Origin: Chrysemys picta bellii
Lineage: Eukaryota
Assembly (NCBI RefSeq): GCF_011386835.1
Contig: NC_088814.1
Location: 2,294,001-2,358,000, forward strand
DNA length: 64,000 bases
Reading direction: 5' to 3'
The position numbers and the translations under genes are program-made. This document shows, one piece after another, positions 32,409 to 45,264 of the stretch. The first letter of the stretch is position 1, and the number at the start of each line of letters is the position of its first letter. The notes below the pieces were generated by a model. It saw only the letters and a program-made list of their open reading frames with translations. It made no database searches and was not told the DNA's origin.

Positions 32409-32945
32409 TGAGAGGAGACCACCAGTCACAGGTTTGAAATCATCATGAAATACTGCATGTTGCAAACAATTATACAAGACTATGTTTATACTAGATTTTT
32501 TGAATACTCGTGTATTTTATGGTATGAAGTAGATACTCTAAATTCTCCATAAAAGTCTATTTAATGATGTAGATCTGATAGTCTATATTTATTTATTGTA
32601 CAGTTTGTAACATTTGTAAAAATGTATGCAAGTGTAAACTCCCATCGTGATTACCAACCCTCAGGCTGTGAGCTCTCAAGGCTGGGACTGTCCTCGTGTT
32701 GTTTGTTTGTCCAGTGCCTAGTACAATAGGGCTTCTATACTTGTATGGGATCTGTATACACGACTGCAATAAAAATAATATTTCACACCTAGTCTAACAC
32801 TTGCTTAGTAACAATGGTTGTAAATGCTGTATGCTGTGAGGCAGTCATATGAATGAAACATCATAAATGTATTGTACAATATTTGTATAAAATTTAAATA
32901 TAAATAAAAGAATAATTTAAGAAGAAACAGCAAGTTGGGTACACA

Positions 32946-32968
32946 TCTATCTATCTATCTATCTATCT
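32946..32968. repeat. (TCTA)n microsatellite
   Basis: About 5.75 units; only ~2 units at the unit B position (~47962). Confidence 0.9.
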
Positions 32969-33879
32969 GCATTGAACTGACCACCTTAATGTCAGGTGTT
33001 TCAAGCACTTTAAATAGTGCAGCTCTGTTGCTCACTTCCCACATTCACACAGTGCTCTGCCAGTACAATTCCGTGTTCTGCTGCAGGTTCCGGCATGGTC
33101 TCCTATTCCAATCCATCACTGCACACACATCCCAGCAAGAAAATATAAAAGGAGGGTGAACCAGCTGTGCCTTCACTCCCACTTCATTCTTCCCGGTATT
33201 CCCTAATGTAAGTTTCTTTGGATTCTTCTTTGCCATGATGATCGATCGATGATGATGCCCCCAGTGTGTAAATGGCAGGAATTTTTATTGCATCGTGAAA
33301 TAGCGGCAGACTCTGCAAGCAGATTAAAGCCTCCAGACAAGAAATCGAGGAGGTTAAGGATGAGCTTCTGTGAGTAGATGATTCTGCTCTTGTTGCACAC
33401 GCTCTACCACACCCCCACTGCATCACTAACAAATGTGCTGAGATAACTCAAAGCTACGAACTAACCACCAGTGTGAGAGAAACTGAAGTAATGTACAAAA
33501 CCGGCACCTTGGAAGGTATATTTAAGACCTAGGACCACAATCAATGATGCCAAATTCAGCCTAGTAAAGATTTCATTTACATGCTTCGAATTTTGTCAGA
33601 CACGGTGATTACTGACCTGTGAATCATTAACCCAATAAAAAGGCATAGTCTGAATTTGAAAGGTTGCAACACTAAAATTGCAATCAGCACAGTATCTCAC
33701 ACCCACATGCAAAAATCAAAGTCCACATTTACTGTAGAGTACTGATTTCCAACTTACTCTCTGTCTGCACATCAAAGAACTGGAAAAATTTAATAGACGA
33801 CGCCTGGCAGCTATTATGCAAATTGTAGAAGGTAATTATGACAAGTGACAAGATAAAATCATGTATAACAAGGTTGCAG

Positions 33880-34048
33880 AAACATCACGGAAGCAATATT
33901 TACGAAAGAAAGTTCTGCTGGTTTGGACACACCCTCCTCATGGAGCACACAGGGCTCTTAGAGAAAATATTCTACAGTGGACTTTTGATGAACAAAAGAA
34001 CCAGACAGAGAAAGAGAGAGCGATGTCCTGAAAATTAACTCTGCCCAT
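33880..34048 (+). mobile_element. RTE-type LINE ORF2 C-terminal relic (also at ~48850-49020)
   Basis: ORF RKFCWFGHTLLMEHTGLLEKIFYSGLLMNKRTRQRKRERCPEN* resembles the RTE C-terminal motif. Confidence 0.55.
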
Positions 34049-36250
34049 TGTTATAAAAAGCCTTCGGTGGGAAGGTGCAACAGGAAATCAATCATTTTGG
34101 TGGGAAAAACAGTAACACCTGATGCTGCAAGTTTTGAAGCAAAAGGACAGTTTGCTGTCACAGAGAGCAGGACAGAGTCGGAGTTAATGAGATGAGTAGC
34201 AAACATAAATGCATTTCCCTCTGTGATCCATGGCAGGGCCTGTATGTCAAGCAACGGAGTCTTTAGCTAACTGCAAATGTACAAAGATCTTCCTATAATA
34301 CTGAAGGTGGAATTGACAATCAACCTCTGTTTGTGCTGCATGTAATTCAGGCAACCAGATGCGCTGGCAAGAAAGTGGAACTCTGCAGTGCTAAAAAGAC
34401 ACCTCTGAAAGAGGAAGCAGAATGTAACTTCATCCAGAAACACTGCTTGCTGTGGATTGTGGCTGGATCATATTTCAGATATCTTACACAGCCCAACCAA
34501 AGCTTGAGTCCAGCAACAAAAACATTATATTCATTTATTTTCATCCACAGATCCTCACCCTGACTCCAATTGTACTCCACAATGCAAGTGATGAAAATCA
34601 GATTTTCCTCCTTACCCCTTTCCTCCTTACTCATGAGTGAGTCTTTGCTGAGTGGTATGTGGGGCTGGACTGAGTCACAGATCTGAAGGAAGGTCGGGCT
34701 TGTGTTTAAGACACCGTAGCCTAATTCAGCAGCTCTGGGTTCAATTCCTGGCTCAGCCACAGCTTCACTCTGGGAGCTGGAGCAAGTCATTTCTGTATTC
34801 ATCCCACTGCCCTATTGGAAGGATTATTCTAATGCTGCTGGGATTTCCATGTACTCTATAAGTAATGAATGTGTCAGGATGCCTACAGCCTTGGATAGGC
34901 ATCCCTTTCATTATTTAAAATCTAAATCAATCAAGCAATCAATCAGTTAGTGGAGAGCATAGTACCCTAGCTCACATGGATGGGATGTGGATAAATCCAT
35001 ACACTTGAAAGGCAATTGGAATGCTGTGGTGATGGGAGCCATATAAACGCCTAGGAGAGACAGCTAATCCTACCAGTAAATATGAGATGGTTTGAGAAGT
35101 GTGAATAGGAGTTTAATCTCACACCACTTTCCAGGGGAGAAGGGTTTGGAGATTAGGTGCTCACAGCAGCAAGCAGTTTTTCAGTAACCCTTTCTTCTCT
35201 AATGTGGAATCTCTTTCTCTCTCATTCAGGCAACACTATTTAGCCTCTCTTTGTACAGAGAGTTCCTGATTGCTCCTAATTTTCCATGTTAGGGCTTCCA
35301 GATCCCTAGCACAATATCTCATGCTGGCGACTATTGACTGTCCAGAGCTGACTGGTTCTGGCTGGCTGTAAATAGTTCTAACTCTTTCGCAAAGAAGCCC
35401 CTCTCTTCTGGGGTGGCAGCTGACACCCTCTCTGTCTTCTCTGACAGCACCACAGACTATATAAATGAGGGTTGATCATAACATCTTCCTTAAAGGCCTA
35501 ATTGGTTGTTTGTGAGACAAAGGCCAATTACTACTAATAGTTGCTTGAAAATTTCCATCTATTAGAGAATTTGAGTGTTTGTGCACTTGAAAAGAAAAGC
35601 ATCCCATCATTAAGATTTCCTCTTGGGCAAATGTCACTGCCCTTTTGGGTAGTATGCCAGTTCTCTGAATCCTCTTAGTTTGTCCCTGTATATTATAGCA
35701 GTAGTGGTGTCCAAGCTCTCAGAGCTTTGTTAGGACTCTACTGGACCTAGTATCTGCCACTGTGCCAAGGAGCAGACCTGAGTATTTATATCATGGTGCG
35801 TCAGATCCTTCTACAGTGAGGTTTTCACTTTATCAGAGCAAGACTCCATATTTATTCATTCATTCATTTTGATCTTCTATATCTACACCGCAGCATCTCA
35901 TATGAAAAAAATGCTTATTAAAGACAAAATAAAAATGAAAATAAAATAATTACAGATTAAGAGTTCTCTGTTGCAATATGTTCTATGATTTATTCCCTGC
36001 ATATAATTTAGGGCCATGTTTTTTCCTGGCTTCTTGTAAAGTTTTCATCATAAGGAAAAGCTGATGATTCATAAAACATCATTGCGAGTGTATTTTAGAA
36101 ACAAACTGCTGACATGTAACTTAAATTCCTTGTGTACTGGGATTTCTGGAGGGAAACTGCCTTTGGGAAATTATTCTTGGCATAAACAGCAAGACTAGTC
36201 AGCCCCATGGGAAGGAGAAACACCCGACTGGTGACACTCACTGTGGAAGG

Positions 36251-36258
36251 TATAAATA
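36251..36258 (+). promoter_or_regulatory. TATA box of gene 3
   Basis: TATAAATA ~100 nt upstream of the ATG at 36353. Confidence 0.85.
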
Positions 36259-36352
36259 GAGACCTGTGGGGATAGAAAATCTGCAGTCTGAATTCATATT
36301 AAGCTGTGCCTCTTGCTTTGGGCTTTGGGTTGGATTCTTAATCGCTGTCGCT

Positions 36353-39300
36353 ATGAGCTACAGCACCAAGCAGACTGTTACTCTCTCTACCAAAGGGAGG
36401 AGTAGTGGTGGTAGCTGTGCAGTTGGAGGCGGTGGTGGAGGAAGGATTTCTTCAGTCTCTTCTGGAAGATATAGCTCCTATGGGATAGGCAGTGGTAGAG
36501 GATTTTCGGGTAGGAGTTACAGTGGTGGTGCGAGTTGTGGAGCAGGACTGAGTGCTGGTAGCTTTTCTGGAGGTAGCTATGGAGGTGTCTTAGCAGGAGG
36601 TCACCCAGGATACGGCTATGGAGGTTGTTCCAGCATTGGGTTCAGTGGTGGCAGCACCCGCTGTGGATATGGAGGTGGATTTGGTGGTGCTGTCGGTGGT
36701 GGCTTTGGTGGTGGTTTTGGTGGTGCAGTCGGTGGTGGCTTTGGTGGTGGTGGCGTTTGTGGAGATGGCGTATTTGTCACCTATGATGAAAAGCTGACCA
36801 TGCAGAACCTTAATGACCGCCTGGCTTCTTACCTGGACAAGGTGCGATGCCTGGAGGAAGAAAACGCTGCCCTAGAGTGCAAAATCAAGGAATGGTATGC
36901 CCATCATGGACACACCGGTGTACCAAAGGACTACAGCTGCTACTATAAGGAAATAGAAGATCTTCAAAATCAGGTGACATTTTTTTGGCTGTATTCCCCA
37001 TTGTAAGAGCTTCCCCCTGAGTCTGTGTTCAGATCCTATTTCACTTTTGTAAAATGTTCTTTGCAGACATAAATTAAGGCAACTCCTTTTATGAACAATG
37101 AGTGAGGGTATGAATACTTATGAGTCCATTTACAATTTGCCTATTCTTCACCAGATTTGTACAAAGAGAAAAAGGTTACATATGCAGGGAACAATCTGGG
37201 CCTGGTCAGTATTCCTCGTGAATGAAGTTTGTAACAGGATGTTTTAATATATTTATACCCAAAAGGGAGACGAGAAGAGAAATTCATTCATTAATCCACT
37301 GAGTTATCTTCATTATTACATTGTGTCCTATCATCAGTTTTCCCGGATTCTAGTTAAAATCCCATTTCTATTTCAACCGAAGTATGGGTGGGGAAGAGGA
37401 ATATTCTCCTAAAGAACAAAAAGAAAAAAAGACTACTTTGTCACCAATAGTTTTGAATGGACAATTTAATTTTTGTAAAAAATATTTTCCAAGTATATTC
37501 GGAAGAAGGATTAGTCAGCTAAGAAAAACAAAGCGGACAGAATCACAGGGTGCAGGAAAGAGATACACGCCAAATGCTGAGCTGTAATGTAAGTCTTGCA
37601 ATGAAAAAATATAAACTCATAGTTACGAACTCTAGACCAAGTTTGAAAATGTGAGTTCTGTTATAGCAGGCACCAGAGAGCACTAATTCTAATTGCAAAA
37701 CTGTTAGCATCTTAACTGTGTGTTTTTACACATTTATGCATTTCACTATTTCATTTCACACACTCGGACATTTCTCAAACATTTCTCCTTGGATCTGAAA
37801 TCTTCTGTGCTTCCTCTCTGACTGATTTTGAATACTGGGAGAGTACAAAGACTGAAATGTGCAATGTGGCACTGAGTGTGACATAGTGAAGAGACTTCAT
37901 GGCTGAAAATCCCCCACCCTCGTCTTTTCCAGATTGTTTGCACTACCCTGGACAACAACAAGATCATTCTGAACATTGATAACAGCAGAATGACAGCTGA
38001 TGACTTCAGACTGAAGTGAGTACCTCTCTGTACCAGTCAAACCCTGTCATTCTCCTCCTGTTCCCTCACATCCTATTTACAAATTGACAAACGAAGAAAT
38101 CACCCAACCAAGAATTACTTATCCTATTCCCAAATTAAGATATCTCCTAATGGGGGGGTTACTGGAATTTTCAAATCGGGACAGGTGGTCTTTTTGTGAG
38201 ATTTTATTATTGTTAATTATTTATAATATCATGGCACCTATGAGCCACGTTATGGACCATTGTGCTAGGCACTGTACAAACACAGAACAAAATGACTCAC
38301 CACCCCCAAAGAGCCGACAATCCCATTAGAAGACAAAAGACAACAATGGATACAGACAGACCAATGCGGGAGTACTCGGGAACAATGACACATAATTGGT
38401 GGTCTCAGATTTTGAGATGTGCCTTCGGTCTTTGGCTCCAGAGGTGCCAGAATAGGGGCATTTCCAGGACAGAGTGTTTGAGGCAACAAAGAGTTTGCTT
38501 GTGGGGTTTAGGGGGCTAAAATATAGGGACAATGGATGTATGTTGGTATGAGCCCATTGAAGGCAATGGAGCTATGCACGTTTATACCAACTGAGAGTCT
38601 GGCCCACGGATTTTTTAATAAAGAAAAGAGTTTAGATTATTTCCCAGGGGAAGTGCAGAAAAATTAGCGTGGGACATCTCTGTAGTAGTTCCAGTAGAGA
38701 GGAGAGGGGCAAGAAAAGCTGAAGAAGGTCCTTTATGAACCAAACATCACATCCCTGCCTTTGAACACACAGATAGACTAGGCAGCAGACGCAGTGTGTT
38801 ATACTTTAAGCACAGCTCTGAAGGTAAAGCTGAAAGAAGGGGAACCCAGACCCATTCCTAACCAAAGTGCAGATGCCAGGAACCCTCAATGGTGGGCTCA
38901 GCCATGGGCTGACTTTTCTGTCTTTCTTGTCCACGGCTTAGGTTTGAGACTGAGCTGGCCCTTCGCCAGAGTGTGGAGGCCGATATTAATGGCTTACGCC
39001 ACGTTCTGGACGAACTGACCCTGTGCAGGTCTGACCTGGAGGCGCAGCTTGAGTGCCTGAAGGAAGAGCTGTGTTGTCTGAGGAAGAACCATGAGGAGGT
39101 AGGAGCTCATTCCCGTATATAAAAAAAATAATTTTGTACATTACTTTCTACATCAGTGGGGACCTGATCCTGATTAAAACACCGGGGCATGAGTGCAACT
39201 ATGATCAAGAGAATATTAATAATAATCTGCATTATTATGATATTGCTCCTTTCACAAACCCCGTTGCCTAATCATATTCAATATAAAGAGGGTGGATCCT

Positions 39301-42300
39301 GTGCTGGAGTAATTGTCACAAGCAGCTCAAGAACTCAGGTCCAGCCCTCTAAGGTTTGGGAGCATGTAGGAGTTGAGTCTTAGGAAGGAATGTCAAGCTT
39401 CTGGGAGCTCCTGGGCTCTGCAAAAGGGGAAGGGGAGAGAGCTACCACAGACACTAGAAGTGAGTTGGATAAATCTTCCAGCTGATTTGTCACAGGGTGA
39501 TTACTTAACTTAACTTACTTAATTTAACTCAAAACACTTCATAACCAATTAATTAGTATTAACATCATCCCTGTGATGCTAGTATTCTCTCTCTTGCGAA
39601 ACCAAGATTTCTAAGGAATGGCTAAGAGAAGTGTCTTGCCCAAGATCACTTGGAAACTTAGTAGCAGATCCAGGAACAGTAGGTCAGGAGCTCTAAGCAC
39701 TGAACCAAGCTCCCTTCTCTTAAAATGTAAATATGAAAGGAAAAAATACGAAGAGAGCCAATATATTGTGACTCAACTAAGATAAGGAATGACTTCTTTG
39801 ACAAAAAGAGGTCAAGAGAGCCTGCAACACTAGTCCAAACCCATTCAGGAAAACGAGTGACTTTCATTCATCAAATTTAATTCTCATAGAATCATAGAAT
39901 CTCAGGGTTGGAAGGGACCTCAGGAGGTCATCTAGTCCAACCCCCTGCTCAAAGCAGGACCAATCCCCAACTAAATTATCCCAGCCAGGGCTTTGTCAAG
40001 CCTGACCTTAAAAACCTCTAAGGAAGGAGATTCCACCACCTCCCTAGGTAACCCATTCCAGTACTTCACCACCCTCCTAGTGAAATAGTCATAATCACAA
40101 AAACGGCAGGGGAAATGCTCTGACTGGATTTGGTGTGTAGAAGAGCCACGCACAAAAATGGCTCTTGTGAAAACATAAACTGTTAAAAAGCAAAATGTAG
40201 AAACTATCACAGGAAAACACCTCTCGTGCAAGATCCAGTGACACAATGACCCAGATGAGGATGAAGTATAAAACATGTTAATTTTGCCAGCAAAAATAGT
40301 CAGGAATTCTTTAATTTGCTGGGATTAACCATCACACATCCCAGTAAACACCCACTGTTTCTTTACCTCAGGAGTGCTCACTGTGGAGTTTTGCTTGGAA
40401 ATCATCTGTGGTTTCCTCACCAGGGCTGGGTCTATCCTGGAGAAGATGCATCAGAGACAGTTGTTGTGACTGTCAGAAATGGGCCCCAGGATGCAGAGGC
40501 TCACTGACAGTGGCATGCTGCTCTCACTCGCCCGAGAACTCAACTCACGATTTTTTCTTTTTAAACAAGCTGATCTGGGTTATCTTTGCAGGAAATCAAT
40601 TGTCTGAGAAACCAGTCCACTGGTGATGTCAGCGTGGAGGTCAATTCCTGTCCTGGCCCAGATCTGAAGAAAATCCTAGAGGAAATGAGATGCCAGTATG
40701 AAACCATGATTGCACAAAATCGCAAAGAGGTTGAGGACTGGTATGAATGCAAGGTAAATTCATCACAACCGTAACACTCTCTGAAGCAAAAATACAGGAG
40801 CTATTTCAGAATCACATATTCATGCCATGGGGAGAATTTATTCCTGTAACATATGTTCCAAACATGATCAGCATAGATGTACAGTGACCAGGTGCACAGG
40901 GGATAGAGGCCCTGTGCATGTACAGTGCATGTGTCTCATGGAAGAACAGGGTTTGCTACATGTCATTATTGAGGTGTGTTGGTGGAACAGTGGGCGAGCC
41001 TGTCAGTTAGGACAGAGGAGAATTACTGGTGAAGTTGTGAGGGATCTTAGCATTGGAATAGCAAGGGGAGTTACAAGCAATAGATGAGATCAATTCCAAT
41101 GTGCAGAAAACTTGCCCAGCCCCTGCCTATCTTACATCTTTTGTCACCCACTCCTAGATCCTCCTGACAATTAAAAAATCCCGCTGAAGCTCTTTATTCT
41201 GTGTTTCTGGTTTTCAGATTGAGGAGGTGAATCGTGAGGTCATCACAAGCAGTCAGGAGGTTGAGTCGTGCAACAGCCAGGTCGCTGAACTTAGACGTCA
41301 GCTGCAGTGCCTGGAGATAGATCTGCAATCCCATCTTAGCCAGGTATGTGATGTTGTCACCATTGATATCTCACCTGTGACACACTGACATCTGGATTTC
41401 TGGACTGATGTGGACCAGCCTGGCCTGGCACTTCACGTAGCAGTGACGATATCGTTGACAAACCCATTGTTAGCAACAATTTGCTTTTATTTTTGCCTAG
41501 GAAATCCTCAACTTCCTGCATCCAAATGGGTTTAATTTAGAGCATGGCTAAAGTACATGTGGGTTTTTTGCTTCATTCTTAGAGGGACAACCTGGAAGCC
41601 TCTTTGGCTGAAACCGAAAGTCGCTACAACAGCCACCTGTGCCAGTTACAGCAACAGATCACCTGTGTGGAGCAGCAACTGGCTGACCTGCGAGCAGAAA
41701 TTGAGTCCCAGAACCATGAGTACAAGGTCCTCCTGGATGTCAAATGTCGACTGGAGCAGGAGATTCACACTTACCGCTGCCTGCTGGAAGGAGGACAGCG
41801 TGACATTGTGTACGTAGACTACAGACACAGCGGGGCATAAAGCAAACACCTTTGCTGTGATCTGTGCAATGTTTGAGATCTAAAATCACAGAGAGTGTGG
41901 AGATTCAGTGGAGATAGGTATCCAAAGCTTGAGCCAAACCTCATTCCCTCCTTGTGGGTCGGCAGATTGGAGAACTTCTAATGAGACGAGGTGCCTTCCA
42001 ATACTGTAACTTATGGTATAGCACCATCTCGTATTGTTGTGCACTTCCTGGTATGTGCTGGGCAACAACTACCACAAGGAGAGGATTAACTGCAATATTT
42101 TGCCATTTCTGCTCCCGAGGGAAGCACGGTGTGCAGAGGCAGCTGTGAAAATGAGAGAGAATTGTAAGAAGAGATTAACTTAAGTATTTCAAACCTGCAG
42201 AAAAGATCCAGTGTGAGATTTTGCCAAAAGTCCAGATCATTCCTTCTTTTATCCCAAGCATCTGACATGTCTCCAACTCCACTTCGTTGTGAAACAAGCG

Positions 42301-42760
42301 GTATAAATAATTAGGCAAAGATTTTTCCTGATTTGGAAGGAAGGGATACAGCAGACCCTCTTTAAAAAGCCCATTGGCAATGGCAGCCTATGACTAATTC
42401 ATCCTTTGTGGCAAAGATAGTGGGGAGAATGAGTGGCCTCGTAGTGATGTGCTTTTGCTTTTCTGCATGGATGAAGTGGAGTGAGGGTGCTGGGGAGGCG
42501 TGCTGGCCAGGTCCTGGCTCTTTGCTGGACTGGGAGCAATTGATGACAGGAAAAGTCACATGGCTTCACTGAACCTACAATGCCGTTGTAAGGTTGGTTT
42601 CTGTTTCATTCACCAAACATTCTTTCCTTTTCACAGTGGCTCGGAAGGAGGGATTGGCGTAGCAGGTGGCATAGGAGGAGGAACAGTCATTAAAACTTCC
42701 CACTGCTACTCTTCTTCCCACTCTGTCCCCCATGTCACGTCTTGCCACCCTGTGATCTAA
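36353..42760 (+). CDS. Cys-rich (hard) type I keratin gene 3, 499 aa as assembled: join(36353..36973,37933..38015,38942..39098,40592..40753,41218..41343,41583..41809,42637..42760); stop falls in exon 7 because of a 1-nt deletion
   Basis: [19 protein letters not shown]; exon sizes 83/157/162/126/227; [12 protein letters not shown]; 25 Cys counted. Resembles sauropsid hard acidic (HAS/KRT9-like) keratins (inference). Confidence 0.92.
39885..40089 (-). mobile_element. CR1 LINE 3' fragment in gene 3 intron 3, unit A only
   Basis: Reverse complement of the (ATTCTATG)n tail; translates [31 protein letters not shown]. Confidence 0.92.
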
Positions 42761-43634
42761 AAGGTAAGAACTGACTTACCGGATAAGGGGAAATGTTTCT
42801 TTAGTCCTCTTCTTACCAACAGGGCAAGAGAGACGCTGTCAAACCCACTCTCTGTTAGGTGGTTCTGAGGTGTTGTGGCCCAGCTTTCAGGACCCTGCTG
42901 TAAGGCAACTGGAGAGTCTGGTAGGACATGGTGACACAACAGTGGTATGGTATGGGGGGGGGTGTTGGCAAGAAACAGGACCAAATGCAGCTGTGACTCT
43001 CTCCCTATGAATTATGAATGGTGCAAGTGAGGGAGAAGAGAGCTAAAAGAGAGGGAGGAGAAAAGAGGGAAAAGAAAGAAGTAGCCGGAAGTGGAAGCAG
43101 TGAGAGAGAGGGAGAGACTCTAGAGAACTTGGAGAAAGAGGCTGGAAATGGAGGCTGGGTGTTTTGTAGGGCGAAGGAGGAGGCGAAACGTCCTCAAAAC
43201 AGAGAGACGGAACCAACGAGGTGTTGGTGGGGGATGGGAAAATGGATCCAAGACCACAAACAGTATCTCTGGGAGGTCCATCCAGCCGAGGGGGGAGCCC
43301 GACAATTTACATTTGAATTCTAGGAAAAATCAACCACCTTTGGGGGCAGAGTGAGCTGGGTGTCTAGGGCATGGACAAGGCCGGGGGAGGGCACAAGGAG
43401 CTGCGCTTGTGCATTCCCAGCACAGCGGCTGGCCCGACCTGCGGGGTTTGTATTCTTTTCTTGAATTCTAAACACATAAACCATTTGGGGGCAGTTCTGG
43501 AGCTCATCAGAATGTATAGTCAGCAGGGTGTGTGTGCAGCCCCCCCTCTCAGGGTGTATCGCAAAGCCTGATGCTGCAGGGAAGGTTTTACTTCCTTTCT
43601 AAGCAAAGTAATGGCTCTATTTCTCCCTCTCCAG

Positions 43635-43944
43635 GGCACGGCAGAAAGATTTGTGACTAAGAAGAGAAACCGGCATCTTCCAGAGCAAGACGCACCGAGC
43701 AAAGACCCACCCACGGACAAAGCGAGAGCTCAGCCAGCACTGTGCACCTCTGCAAAGAGCATGGAGAAGATCTCTTCAGAATTACTCAACGCTGCTAATG
43801 CCAACACCACTGTCCTGAGGGGCCCATCTGAGCCTTGGTCCACCTTCCCGCCTATCATGCTGTTTGCTTCTTCCATTCTGTGATGCTCTGTGTGTCCAAT
43901 CACAATAATTACTTACTTGACATAATCTGTACATCTCTAATAAA
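43635..43944 (+). other. Exon 8 of gene 3 (untranslated because of the upstream frameshift) and 3'UTR, with AATAAA at 43939-43944
   Basis: Intact acceptor CTCTCCAG|GGCACGGCAGAAAGATTTGTGACTAA, identical to coding exon 8 of gene 4. Confidence 0.85.
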
Positions 43945-44049
43945 ACTTTTGTTCTGCCTGATGCAATCAAGAAATCTGGGTCTGGGAAATGATTTCCTCT
44001 ATCAAACTTTTCAGTGGTTTCTAGTACCGGGCTAAACACAAAGCCATGT

Positions 44050-44464
44050 TCTTTGACTTACGAGGAGAGGCTGTGGGAACTGGGTTTATTTAGTCTTCAG
44101 AAGAAAAGAATGAGGGGGGATCTGATAGCTGCTTTCAACTACCTGAAGGGGGGTTCCAAAGAGGATGGAGCTCGGCTGTTCTCAGTGGTGGCAGAGGACA
44201 GAACAAGGAGCTATGGTCTCAAGTTGCAGTGGGGGAGGTGTAGGTTGGATATTAGGAAACACTATTTCACTAGGATGGTGGTGAAGCACTGGAATGGGTT
44301 ACCTAGGGAGGTGGTGGAAACTCCTTCCTTAGAGGTTTTTAAGGTCAGGCTTGACAAAGCCCTGGCTGGGATAATTTAGTTGGGGTTGGTCCTGCTTTGA
44401 GCAGGGGATTGCACTAGATGACCTCCTGAGGTCTCTTCCAACCCTAATTTTCTATGATTCTATG
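44050..44464 (+). mobile_element. CR1 LINE 3' fragment, unit A only
   Basis: ORF2 C-terminus [32 protein letters not shown]...[10 protein letters not shown]; TTCTATGATTCTATG tail; empty site at ~59365. Confidence 0.95.
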
Positions 44465-45106
44465 CTCAGATAGGTCTGTTAGACTGTGCCATAGCCCTCA
44501 AAGGGAAGTGGTGGAAACCTCATCCCAATACATTAAGGAGAACAACTTTGCGTTAGCCAATGTGGCTGAGGGAATGGACTAACTAACTTAGCACGTCTTT
44601 TGCAGCCCTAACTTCTATGTCAACACACTGCCTGTTACTGTATAAAGTGCTATTGTTCACAGTCCATATGTACAGCGCATACGGGCAGGTTTATGTGAGT
44701 TTGTGGGTTTCTTTCAGAACACTATGCTAAATTTTAGGGTGTTTTTTTTTTTAAAAGGTGAACTGAGCACAGCTGAAAGAATCTGGCTGACAGCTGTGCA
44801 GACTGAATGCCTCAGTATAATAGTAGAAGACAGGCCTGGTGACTTCTAGGGTTTCCCCTATGAAATGGACTAAAGTAACCAATTCCCTTCACACAGGTCA
44901 CTGGGCTATTCCTTTGTCACTACCAGCCAAATTGAACTCAGCCTAGTACTCTAAAGGCGAAAGGTTATGTAAGCCATTACCAACCCCCGAACAATCCAGT
45001 CCCACTCTGAGCCACACACTGGGTTTGGTTCTCAATGGGTTTGTGACAGTTTCTGCAGAACCTGGTCATCTGTGTTTGTGCACTGGGGACTCACTTGAAC
45101 CAGACA

Positions 45107-45224
45107 AGTATCCGAGGGGTAGCCGTGTTAGTCTGAATCTGTAAAAAGCAACAGAGGGTCCTGTGGCACCTTTGAGACTAACTTCTGTTAGTCTCAAAGG
45201 TGCCACAGGACCCTCTGTTGCTTT
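45107..45224. mobile_element. Penelope-like insert forming a perfect 38-bp hairpin, unit A only
   Basis: Arms 45145-45182 and 45187-45224 are exact reverse complements with a TTCT loop; ~10-bp TSD (T)GAACCAGAC(A); empty site at ~59996. Confidence 0.75.
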
Positions 45225-45264
45225 GAACCAGACACATTTTCTCAAATTCTAAGATTTTGTGAAA

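Larger units (their letters stand above)
30943..45262 (+). repeat. Tandem segmental duplication, unit A (contains gene 3)
   Basis: Collinear similarity to 46760-60032 along its whole length, apart from copy-specific TE insertions. Confidence 0.9.

Noticed and set aside
33184-33432. 82-aa minus-strand ORF retained in both units (48184-48432)
   Set aside because: Retention is explained by ~97% DNA identity; non-ATG start and no recognisable domain.
36266-36352. In-frame upstream extension resembling a signal peptide (also 51864-51950)
   Set aside because: It starts at a GTG only ~8 nt after the TATA box, upstream of the expected TSS. Keratins are cytosolic and the ATG at 36353 fits family N-termini.
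43085-43092. Ets site CCGGAAGT in unit A versus CCAGAAGT in unit B (intron 7)
   Set aside because: A single CpG transition in a purine-rich tract; too weak without functional data.
44014-44379. 121-aa ORF as a host gene
   Set aside because: It is the C-terminus of CR1 ORF2 in a 5'-truncated copy.
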